From NCBI GenBank assembly GCA_964016885.1, contig OZ024743.1:154318001-154382000 (forward strand): a DNA stretch of 64,000 bases, read 5' to 3'. This document shows positions 1-11,095 of the stretch, piece by piece. Position 1 is the first letter of the stretch. Every line of letters starts with the position of its first letter. The stretch is from Eledone cirrhosa (lineage: Eukaryota). The translations under genes were made by a program, and so were the position numbers. The notes beneath the pieces are model-generated. The model saw only the letters and a list, made by a program, of their open reading frames with translations, did no database searches and was not told the origin of the DNA.

Positions 1-152
1 ACTGAGAGAGGGTGCTTGCCATGGTGGTCAGGTTGGCTGTGGCCTTTTTGTGTGGTTTACACGACCAAAACCCACTTTGTATCGTCATGTACTGTTCTGT
101 GCTGTCTCTAATGTTTTTCTTCGTGTTAGCCCTTGTGGTCAATAAAGAAACC
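1..152 (+). mobile_element. 3' UTR/end of an L1/Tx1-clade LINE (continues upstream of window)
   Basis: Ends GCCCTTGTGGTCAATAAAGAAACC followed by (ATT)n, matching the end of the full element at 9081-9106 (GGCCCTTGTGGCCAATAAATGAAAGC-(ATT)n); GAGAG(C)GGTGC also shared with ~8876. Confidence 0.7.
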
Positions 153-207
153 ATTATTATTATCATTGTTATTATTATTGTTATTATTATTATTATTATT
201 ATTATTA
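153..207. repeat. (ATT)n microsatellite; shared tail/target of Tx1-like and Dong-like elements
   Basis: Direct reading. Confidence 0.95.
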
Positions 208-3200
208 CAGTTGCATTTATCTTGCTTTATGTTCATACGAGTTATCACCAAGTCACAACCAGTGACCTCAAGAGACAACAAGGTCCGCCATGTTCAAGAA
301 AGAACATACATACTCACACATGAATCTTTAGTGTTTAGACTTGTGATGTACTTATATTGACAGAATCTTCCTTAGTATATGGGCAGTTCCCATTAGTACT
401 ATCTTTTGTATTTCTCCTATACGCGGATTTCCTGGGATTTGCGATAAGTAATCATTAGATCCCTTAGGTATCATTCCCAGAGCGCCTACAACCACTGGTA
501 TTGTTTTAGTTCTCAATTTCCACATTTTTCCAATTTCTATCTCCAGGTCCTTATACTTGCTCAATTTTTCAAATGTTTTTATAGATACATTCTTGTCTAT
601 TGGAACAGACATATCAATTAGCAGGCATACCCTCTTTTTAAAGTCCTTCAATATTATATCAGGTCTATTTGCATCTATTTTTCGGTCTGTTTGGATGCTA
701 AAGTTCCACAAGATTGAGATGTGGTCTTTTTCACGTATGGGAGGTGGTTGATGCTCCCACCAATTCTTTTGATGGGGCAGGTCAAAATGCTTACACATTA
801 TCCAATGTATGTATTGTGCAACTCTGTCATGCCTGTTTAGGTATTCGGTTGGAGCTATACGACTGCACATTGAAATTATATGGTCAATGGTCTCTGGTTG
901 TTTTTTGCATACACGGCATAATGGGCTGCATCCATTTTTTATTATGTTGGCTTGGTAATTTTTTGTTGGCAGACACTGATCTTGTGCTGATATAATCAGT
1001 CCTTCAGTCTCCGATTTCAGTCCAGAGGATGCCAACCACTGGTGGGTTAAACTTTTGTCAACATCAGGATTGTTAGCTCGCTCTGGGTATTTTCCATACA
1101 TAGGCTTTTCTTGCCATTTCTTAGCCAGTTTCTGTAGCAGTTCTTTCTTTGCAGTTACTTTTACCTGCTTTGCTTTTTCTGTGTTTTCCATTTCAGCAGT
1201 AAAGGGGACTTCTGAAATGTGTAGTCCATTACTGTATCTTTGTGCATCTTTTGTAATGGAATATGATCTTTTGATGCTTTCGTGTTTCAAAACGAGTTTG
1301 ATTATCCAATCATGTGATTCCCTTAGATATGTAGATAATCCAATTGTTGCAGTTTTCAACGCAATGTCTAACTGGATTAACCCACATCCTCCTTCTTTCC
1401 TAGGGAGATATATTCTATCTATATCTGCCTTAGGGTGATGCTTTCTGTGCATGGTTAAGAATTTTCGAATTTTTGTATCGAGCCTACGGATCTTTGTGCT
1501 TGACCAGTTGATGACATTGTAACTGTAGGTTACTACTGGTATGGCAAGCGTGTTTATGGCATCGATCCTATTCCTTGCATTCAAATCTGTTCTTAAGATT
1601 GCTCTTACTCTGCGGTAACGTTCCTTCCTTATCCTTTCCCTAATTGTCGAGTGATTGATTCCGTCTCCTTCACAAACACCTAGATATTTGTAAGTTTTTT
1701 CTTGATCAAGTTCTCTTATCACGTTCCCCCGATCAAGATTGAAGTCTGAACTCTTCAGCAGCTTTCCTCTGGTGAACGTTGCGTTGGGCATTTATCTAGT
1801 CCAAACTTCATTTTAATGTCATCACTGCACTGCTCCACAGTGGATAATAGCCCTTCCAATTGTTCATCATTTTTTGCAAATAGTTTCAGGTCATCCATGT
1901 AGAACAAGTGATTAATGGTTTTGTCATAGACTTTATATCCATGTTTTGTTTCATTGAGCATTTTACTTAATGGTATAAGTGCGATGCAGAATAAAAGCGG
2001 TGATAAAGAGTCACCCTGAACAATTCCACAATTAATATTAACTTCTCCAGCTTCCAGTGATTTTGTTTCACTATTCAAAAGGAGTGTCGTTTGCCATGTC
2101 TTCATACTGCATGACAAAAACCTCCTGACAACGGGGGCTATTTTGAAAATCCCCAAACATTTTTCAATCCAACTGTGTGGCAAACTATCGAATGCTTTTT
2201 TATAATCTATCCTAGCAATCGATAGATTTTTTGTCTATTATGACAATCTTCCAGTATCATTTTGTTAACCAGAAGCTGATCCTTACAGCCATATGAGCCT
2301 CGTTTACACCCTTTCTGCTCAATGGGAAATAGGTCATTCGTTATCAGGTGGTCATATGTGTATTCAGTTAGGACTGATGTTAAAATGTTATACATTGTGG
2401 TCAAGCAAGTTATCGGTCTGTAATTTTTGGGATTGTTTGTCTCATCATTCTTAGGTAGCAGGAATGTAATACCGTTAACTAACCATGATGGTATCTTTTC
2501 TGACTCCTTAACTATTTCCTTGTAACGTTGGGCTAACAGCTCATGAGACTCTGTGAAGGCATTTATCCAAAAGTTTTGTATTTTGTCTCTTCCTGAGGAT
2601 TTCCATTTGCTGGTTTTTCTTAGAGCCAAGCGCAACTGTTCAACTGTTATATTTTCCCATATTTGTTCCTCAAGGTGAGTTGTATCTTTCATTTGTCTGT
2701 CTATCCATGGGGCATGTATGTTATGAACTTTTTCTTCGGCCCAGATCTTTTCCCAGAATTATTGCACTTCCTCCTTGGGTGGTATTGATTTAGCAGTTAT
2801 TGTTGACTTACCAATTTTTCTGTAGAAGTTTCTTTGGTTGTTTTTGAACATATTATTGTCCTTATAGAATCTAGATCGTTTATCAAAGCGCCTTATACGA
2901 GCACCTTTGGCCAACACTTTTTGCTTGATTATTTCTATCAGCATGTCTATGTCTCTTGTTGATTTTATACTGTACTTTTTTTTCAATTTTCTAAGTTTAG
3001 TTTGTTTAACATGTTCACCTACTTTATAGTTTGTGAAAATTTCTATGTCAGATCGGAGAAGGTTTATTTGGCGATTGATGTTCTCTTGCCAAGTAGATTT
3101 CTTTTGGAAATTCCTTTGTTTTTTCATCTTCACTCCACATAAGTGAGTGGTGACTTTAGCCGATGCATAATAGAGATGATTTAAATCAGTAATGTTTAGT

Positions 3201-3278
3201 TTGTTTGTGATGATAATATTTTTGAGAATTATGTTAGTCTTGTGTATTATCTTTTGGTTCTGTTTGGAGTTCTGGATC
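208..3278 (-). mobile_element. R4/Dong-like non-LTR retrotransposon (RT + restriction-like endonuclease), 5'-truncated
   Basis: Minus-strand ORF pieces 2759-3133, 2207-2692, 1755-2183 and 352-1791; both ends abut (TAA)n. Confidence 0.9.
352..3133 (-). pseudogene. Disrupted RT-RLE polyprotein of the Dong-like element
   Basis: KNYRPITCL, EQKGC, GIVQGDSLSPLLF, FYMDDLKL, YKYLG, CCHC knuckle CRVC..ETIDHIISMC, RHD..RPD..D..K..KY nuclease; a few stops and frameshifts. Confidence 0.9.
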
Positions 3279-3324
<46 letters not shown>

Positions 3325-3346
3325 GATTATTATTACTATTATTATT
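3279..3346. repeat. (TTA)n microsatellite
   Basis: Direct reading. Confidence 0.95.
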
Positions 3347-3555
3347 GAGTCTGAAAGGACGTCTTTTTGCTGGCTCTCGTAAGTTTATTTATTTACCTGT
3401 CTAAAATTATTTATTGAATTTTTGTTGTTGTGTAAGGCACACAAGTCCTTAGACTTTGCCCTGTGAAGGGGAAAGAATAATATTTTGGCATTTGGCCCAA
3501 ATATTGGAATTCTTTTGCATTTTAAAAAATTATCGAAAACAAAACAAAAAAAAAC

Positions 3556-5400
3556 ATGTCTGAGCCACGCCCCCCAGCGATATGTCTGCTGTCGTGCGAC
3601 AACGACGTAAACGTTGAGAGGAGCGCTACGGCAAAATTAACAGAAATGGATTCAACAAACACCACCACAAACAATGTGAACAAAGGCAGCCATGATAACA
3701 AAACTGAGCACTCTAATTTTGAAAAAAGTGACAGTAACAGCGACAACGATTATACACATAACAGAAAAAATGACAAAGGCAACAACAATATCAACACCAC
3801 TAACATGAAAAGAAATAGCGACAACACCAACAGCAACAATAGTAACTGCACCGAGAACAACGGCGGCACCAAAGACAACAATGATAACAGCGACAGTGAT
3901 AACAACAACACCAACAAGAACAACGACATCAACAACAACACCCCCCAACGACAATAAGAAGAACACATTCGCTGCGGCAGCACAACAAAGAGGCCATGCT
4001 TCAACATGTACCTCTCAAAAAAAGATGAAACGTTGGCCCATGTCTGGAAGCTCATCAACCAAGAGGAAACCTGGGCCAACTTAAATCTCCCGGTAGAAGC
4101 TATTGAGGAACTGGAGCGCAGAACGGTGCATCTCAGCACAAACAAAAAGGGCAGCTTTTATTCCACAAGCAGATGTCGAAGTCGTGCTGACGTGCATCAG
4201 AGATGACACCTAATACATAGCGAGAGGCAGACAATACGGCACCATTTCGGTGCTGTTCAAGTCAGCTATGAAACACGCTATGGCTCCTTGCAATACCAGC
4301 AACGTCATAATGTACCCCTCCCACATGACAAAAAGAACGGCCCGTCTCCGCATTCCCAGAATACCACCAGGACTTGACATGTGGTGGCTTCTGGGATGTG
4401 TGATTATGGAGGGGACGGATACCGTCCCGATAGAAGTGACAAGAACGGCCAGAGAGGATTGGTCCGGGGTTGACCTGGAGATAATTCTCCAGATCAGTCC
4501 CTAGAATGTGAAAACAATCAGGATACATCCGCCTTCAGAATGGGACGGTCATTCATATTATGAGTGAGGGTAAAAGGCCGCATTGTTTTGTTTCTGGGAA
4601 AAAAAAAACATTTCCGAGCCTTCTGCCCTCAACTGCTGAACGATGCAAGGGGTCGAAGGGCTCTACTGCTGCAGACACCGGGGAGAGGTCTACAACCAAC
4701 ACCAGCACCGGCAAAACCACCAACGACACCAATAGAAAGTCCACCATCAACATTGACCACCCAGGGGAGAAACGCTGAAAGTTGTCAAATTCCCCCTCCC
4801 CCCAAAATACACACATCAATAAAAACATAAACACACACGCAGACACAGACACACTTCCAGACACAGACTCCTCATCTACGGGTAATGAAGATGAGGGAAA
4901 ACCAAAATCCCCCAAAATACAAAAAAGGAAACACAAAAAGAAAAAATATACTCAACAAAGCACAAAATCACCCACAATAAAAAACGCAGACACCACCCAC
5001 GCAAACATCTCTCCAATAACATCAACATCAGCACCACCATCACCATCACCAGACAACCTAAACAGACGCTAGAAAAAATACACGCAGAAACATCTGAAAC
5101 CACAGACACAACCGAAACAAAACCACCAAAACCATCACCACCACAGTCACGCAAACAAATAAAATCACACCAATAAAACAAACAAAACTTCGTGCTCGTC
5201 AGGAGGGCCAACGAGGAACTGATGGCCTTCGTAGCACGAAGTGAAAATATACAAAAAGAGGAGATATTTTTAAATCGAGCACATTTCGCGTGCCGGGAGG
5301 TTTTTTCCTGGTGCGAATATCACTCGATTTATACAAAGAGATACGAGACAGCTTTCCTCGGGACGTGGGAACACCGAACGTAAAACCCACTTCAAGACTT
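3556..5400 (+). pseudogene. ORF1 remnant of Tx1-like LINE (Asn/Thr-rich N-terminus, Pro/Ser/Thr/Lys-rich C-terminus), frameshifted
   Basis: ATG at 3556 (MSEPRPPAICLLSC); position upstream of the APE; homology to ORF1 start of the next copy; 3' boundary approximate. Confidence 0.6.
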
Positions 5401-5499
5401 TTAAAGGGGTTCCCAAGAGAAGCCCCACCAACTATGGACGTCGAACCTCCCGACCTCCACAAGAGCCAGGAAGGTAAGAAAACTTTCCTCCCTCTCTTT

Positions 5500-8400
5500 G
5501 AACCTACCAACAATTTTCGAGGCCTGGGATCGTCATTGAAGCAGACCTCAGGTCTCGAGAAATATATATGATTGCCGTCGTCAGCGAGACCAGGATTTCC
5601 GACACGCGCGCACTAGCCCGCATTTTCGACAACTATCAGATCTTTGCATCTGTTAGTCGGCCGGGAATGGAAGGCGGGTGGCAGTGCTGTTTAGGAAAGG
5701 CCTTGATCTCGAGGTAAGGTCGATCTTCCGGGACCCGGACGGGAAGTTGGTTGTCCTGGGCGTGAACAATAACGAAGATGGTGCCTTTAGACTGGTGGCC
5801 GTCTAGGCCCCACTGGGGCAGGGCGGCCGGACATCTTTAGACGCCTGGATGACTTTCCGCGTACGTCTCACGATTTAATGTTAGCGGGGGACTGGAGCGG
5901 CATCTTAGACGCACGCTGAGATTGTGTGGGAGTATCCGATAGGAGCGGGGGCTGCAAAATCCTCAAGAACCAGATAGAGCCAGTTCCAACCGTCTGACAG
6001 GTACGGACTAGATTTCCCTAATGCACCAGTGTGGACCTGCACTAACCGCATAGTGTCATTTAGAATGTATATAGACAGGATATTCATTCGGAATATAGAC
6101 AGAAATAGTGTAAGCTGTCCACTTTTTAAAACGTTCGCCTATTCAGATCACAAGTTTGTGATCTGTATGGTCGACCTAGATGAGACGCGTAGATTAGTAC
6201 CTAGTTACTGGAAGTTGAAAATGTCGTTTCCGGCACCTAAGGTTTACAGGGACCATGTCAACAATTTAGTTAAGAAAAAGTTGACAGGGAGTGTGGTCAA
6301 CAATGGTTGGGGGCTCTCAACAGAGAGATTAGGGTAATGTCGATAGAGTTTAGCAAATAAGTAGCGTTAGAGAAAAATAGAAAGGAGGGGAGTTGGTACA
6401 TAAGTTAGACGAGGCTAATTGTAGTGGCATTGAAAGTAACGTGCTAGCGGCGAGAATGGCATTAGACCATTTCTTCAATGCAAAACACGAAGGTTGCATT
6501 GTCAGAGTTAAGGCGCGTGCTCTGAGAAACGAGGGAACTAAAGCTGTTCGATGGGCCCGCGTGGCACAGGGGCAGCGTGGTAATAAAACCCCGATTCGGT
6601 CTTTGACGGACCGAGATGGACACGAGCTGAGCGATTCCAAGCGAATTAGTGAGGCCTTTAGCCAACATTTTGCTAGGTTGTTCGCGGGAGGTGGCGGGTC
6701 AGAGGCGGTGGCGGACTTCAGTCCCTACTTCGATGGCTTACCGCAACTCTTGACGGCCGACGCTGGGCGCTAAGAAAGGCTGATTACTTCAGCCGAGTTT
6801 CAGGATGCCCTTGTCGGCTGCATGAGGTGAAAGTCACCCGGTTTGGATGGTCTGCCCAACGAGCTTTACGTAAATATGCCAGACTTGTTTCTTTAATCTT
6901 CTGCAAGCGCTCTACTGTAACTGGCAGCAGAACGGGAGCATTCACAGTTCTGTGAGCCGGGGCGTAGTGACGGTGATAAGGAAAGACATGAGGGACACAT
7001 TAGACAATTTCAGCCCCATAACTCTGCTCAACACTTTGTTTAAGATTTTGGCCAGGGTGTTAGGGAAGAGGTTGGCGCTTGTCGACGGGGTTTTGTTTGG
7101 GGAGGCGCAAACTATCTCAATCTCAAACAGGTCCATACACGACAACCTCCACCTGGTGCGATACATGATAGAGAGGGTAGGGTCTAAACCTGGCTTCGGT
7201 GGGGCTCTCATCAATTTAGATCAATCGAAAGCATTCGATAGGGTCGACCATCGGTACCTGGAGGCTGTCCTCAAGGCGGCTGGCTTCCGCCCGGTCTTCA
7301 GAAGCTGGATCGCTACAATGCACAGCGGCACCTGCTCGGTGGTCAAAATTAATGGCCACCTGTCGGAACCGTTTCAGGTATCCCGATCGGTCCAACAAGG
7401 GTGCCATCTCTCCTCCCTTCTATAAGTATTGACTCTCGAGCCTTTACTGCGGAAGCTGGAGCTGTTGCAGGGCATCCCCCTCGAACCGGGACGCGGAAAG
7501 GCTGTGTCGGTTTATGCGGACGCCATCACCGTGATGGAGTCGGACACCTCAGAAATTGAGGTGGTCGGCGACTTATTGGAGGAAGATGAAAGTTTGACGG
7601 AAGCAAAATTTAGCCCGGAAAAGTCGGTAGGCTTGCAACTCGGCCCCTGACGAGGCAAGTACATGCCGTCAAACAGCGTCGTCAGGCGCTGGATAGATGG
7701 ATCGGTAAAGTTGGTCGGGATTTGGTTCGGGCCAGACCTCCAGGTGGTTAGGAATTGGGACGAGATGACGGGCAGAGTAGCCAGTCTCAAACAAGAAATG
7801 AGCTGCGAGGAAGCTATTAATGGAAGGTCGGATGGCGTTGGCGAACGCGTACATCGCGTCCGTCATCTACTACCGTCTGACCGTCGTCCCTTGCCCCCGT
7901 TAACCCCTCGCCATCTTGGAGCGGCTCCTCTTCACATTCTTGTGGAGGGGTCAGGTTCCGCTGGAGAGGCGGCCCATCTGCTGCCAGCACCCTCCACGTG
8001 GAGGGCTGGGCAGACCGTGGTTAATGTTGCGCAGACACGCGCTGAGACTGCGGCATCTCCAGATATTCTGCCTAAAAGGTGAACAGGAGTGGTCGCCGTT
8101 TGTCAGATGGGCCTTTCCGCAGCTCGTCTCTTTGACTGAGCTGCAACCCTGAGTCAAGAAGAGACCGAGACTAGGTGACTGGCATCTGCAATGTTGCCAG
8201 GCACTCCCTGCCCTCTACCAGGCGGGCAATGCGGTGAGAGGAACTTCCCCTCTCGAGATCAATAGAGGATTAATGGTGGGCATATGCGATGACGCACTCG
8301 CAGAGGCTCTGGGAGTCGACGAAGTCAAACTAACCAGTCTGTTCCGGAGGACTTTCGAGCGGGGGACGATGGATAATTTCCAAAATCCCTCGCTTGGCAG

Positions 8401-8856
8401 TGCTACCGTGGGGCACTGCCGGTTCGAGATGAACTCTACAGGCACGGTAGTGCTGTCAGACGGACCTGCGCGAAATGCGCGCAGAGCGACGAAACCGTTC
8501 TGAACGCACACGTCCAGTGTCCGTGCATTACTGACTTGTTGAGTTATGTCGAACAGCTGTTGTCGCGTGTAGAACGGATCCAGCTATCGGCCGAGTCCGT
8601 AGTGAAGATCGACCCGCCGCCTTCTTTTGGCCTGGAAGGGCAGGAAATTATCTTCTGTCTGGTGGCAGTAGCGAAAGAGGTTGTATGGTCGACGAGGTTG
8701 AAAGGCCATTCCCTCATCAACTTTTTCAAATTTCACTTCGAAAGAAAGGTGAGGGTGGAGTGAGAAGTGCTTCCCCCCAGTACATTAGCTGAAAGGTGGG
8801 TGAATGTAGCGAGAATGGCCCGTGTGAGTGGGCCTACTCTGGTCATGCGCCTGTAG
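5500..8856 (+). pseudogene. ORF2 remnant: AP endonuclease + reverse transcriptase + Cys knuckle
   Basis: NFRGL, SETRI, GDW, IDRIFI, SDHK (APE); KSPGLDGLP, PITLLNTLFKILA, LDQSKAFDRVDH, QQGCHLS, YADAIT (RT); CAKC..DET...HVQC; several stops and frameshifts. Confidence 0.88.
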
Positions 8857-9106
8857 GTGGGTAACTTTGAGGAGGAGAGCGGTGCCCTTCCAGGGTACTC
8901 TCGAAGCGTCGGATGTTCAGGATTGGTGGGGTACCTGACGAAGCCCGAGTGGTCATCCCCCCTATTGGGGATTTTTCTTGTATTTTTCTTGTTACTTTGT
9001 TATTGTTATTCATATTTTTTACTCGTTTTTTTTCTGTAAAGTCCCACTGTGCCAGTCTTTGGTATTGTCCCCTATATGTCGGCCCTTGTGGCCAATAAAT
9101 GAAAGC

Positions 9107-9133
9107 ATTATTATTATTATTATTATTATTATT
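9107..9133. repeat. (ATT)n tail/target joining two Tx1-like copies
   Basis: Direct reading. Confidence 0.95.
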
Positions 9134-11095
9134 GATCTGTTCGGACGTCCTTTTTGCTCGATCCCAGTAAGTCGCTTTATGTACCTGGTATAATTATTTG
9201 TTGGTAAATGTTTCTTGTTGTGTAAGGGATATATGCCCTTGGACTTTGCCCTGTGAACGGGAAAGCATAATATTTGGGCCTTTTGGCCCAAATATTTGAA
9301 CAATATTTGAACAGTTTACTTTTGAAAATAAAAAAAATTAAAAAAACATGGCTGAGCCACGCCCCTCCTCTAGCAATATGTCTGCTGTCGTGTAACAACG
9401 GCGTAAAAGTTGAGAGGAGGGTTAGTGAAATTGATACAACAAACACCACAACAAACAACGTGAACAAAGACAACACTGAGAATACTCATTTTGAAAAAAA
9501 AAAACACACTAACTACAACAATAACAGCGTCACCCTAAATACAGACAACAGAAAAAAAATCACAACGATATTAACAGCACTAACAAGAACATAAACAAAA
9601 ACAACACCAACAGCAACAATACAAATTGCACCGAAAACAACAACGGTGGCACCAAAAACACTACCATCTATAGCAGTGAGAATAGCAACAACACCAACAA
9701 CACCGTTTGTAGCTGTAGCGGCAGCAACAACACCAACACCAAGACCAGTAGCAGCAGTAGCGGTAGCAATAATGGTGCCGCTGAAAAAGGGGCCACTCCT
9801 TTCGCAGGTGTGGCCCGATTTCTTCAAGACCAGTAGCTGCGCCCGATGACTTACCGCACCGTAAGCAAAATCTCACATCGGGTGGAGAGTGGAGGCTCAC
9901 ATCCAAAGGGCCTTACTGTGCATATGGGCGCGCAAAACCCAAATCGCCCGAGGCAAAAAGTACGCCTCAGTAGACGTATTTTTCGCTACCCCCCAAGAGG
10001 CGGAGTCTCACTCTTTGGAAACCCTAATGAGTGAGGAGATAGTCTGGCTGCGCTCCTCCTGCGGGCAGAAAATTGTGAGGGTCATAGTGACCCAGGTCCC
10101 GCCCATACCTTGGCCGGCCGCGTTTGTACTGGCTGGAATTGAGGACAAGACCACCATACTACAAATACAGAGAGTGGGAAGAGAGAACTGGTCGGGATAG
10201 GCATGCAAATGCTAATTCAGACTGACCAGGAGTGCATCGAGGCCATCCCAGACATCATAGACCTCGAAGAAAGGCTCCAACTCCCTATAAGCGTGGAAGG
10301 AAGACGCCCAAAGTGAATCTCTGTTTGCAGAAGCGTCACCTTAGGGCCTTCACCCACAGAAGACAGCCAGTAAGAGGGCCCTCTCCTTCCGACGCCTGTT
10401 CCTCTGCTACCAAGAACAGGGCAAGCCCCAGAGGCAGACGGCCCTTCCATGCTGAGTAGGAGGGCAACGTCCGTGGCACCCATACCAAGGCCACGGATAA
10501 CTAAAGCAGCAGCAGCAGTGGCGGCAACACCAACAGTCACATTAGCTACACTGGCGGCAAAATCGTCGGAGTGGGCTCCATTATCACCACCAACAGCAGT
10601 GGAGCATATACCTTGTCCAGACGCTAGGGAAGCTGACATGGAGTATGAGGCGGGAGGGAAGAGGCAAACGGTCTGCCACAAAAAGCAAAAAAGGAAAAAA
10701 CCCTTAGTTTCAACCTCCAAAGGTGAAGGCAGACAAAGAGGTATAAAGCCTGCAAGGAGACTTGCAGCAACACCACCACCATCACCATGCCAAGCATTAC
10801 CACCAACAACAACCACACCGCCACCAGCATTACAAAAAGACCAACATCGCAAACACAACAAAACACACACACCCAACTCCAACAACAAGAAAACAGCAAC
10901 AAAATCACCCCTTCCCCCAAAAAGTACACAGCCATAAAAATGGCAAATAAAGAACTCCTACAACATATAAAGGAGCACACAGACTTCACAGAAAGAAACT
11001 ACTACACCCCACCAACATCAGTGAAATCAAAATAGAGCATTACAAACTTTTAAAACAAAAACTCACCAACGCAGTTGGAGACTTCAGAGGGCCGG
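9134..11095 (+). mobile_element. 5' part (5'UTR + ORF1 remnant) of another, diverged Tx1-like LINE; ORF2 absent
   Basis: 5' UTR and ORF1 start (GAGCCACGCCCC..ATATGTCTGCTGTCGTG) homologous to 3347-3670; 3' boundary approximate. Confidence 0.75.

Larger units (their letters stand above)
3347..9106 (+). mobile_element. Full-length but decayed L1/Tx1-clade LINE (5'UTR-ORF1-ORF2-3'UTR)
   Basis: APE, RT and C-terminal Cys motif in ORF2; flanked on both sides by (ATT)n; 5' UTR homologous to 9134-9350. Confidence 0.85.

Noticed and set aside
3347-3430. Spliced-leader RNA or snRNA (GTAAGT plus AATTTTTG Sm-like site)
   Set aside because: The Sm-like site is not conserved in the second copy and there is no snRNA similarity
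3428-3480. Pistol or HDV-like ribozyme in the Tx1 5' UTR
   Set aside because: The P1 plus pseudoknot resembles pistol topology, but the conserved linker, P2 and cleavage-site nucleotides are missing; no HDV nested double pseudoknot could be built
3522-10989. Hydrophobic minus-strand ORFs (V/L-rich, e.g. 3652-3966, 10217-10888)
   Set aside because: Antisense shadows of AAC/ACC-rich ORF1 sequence
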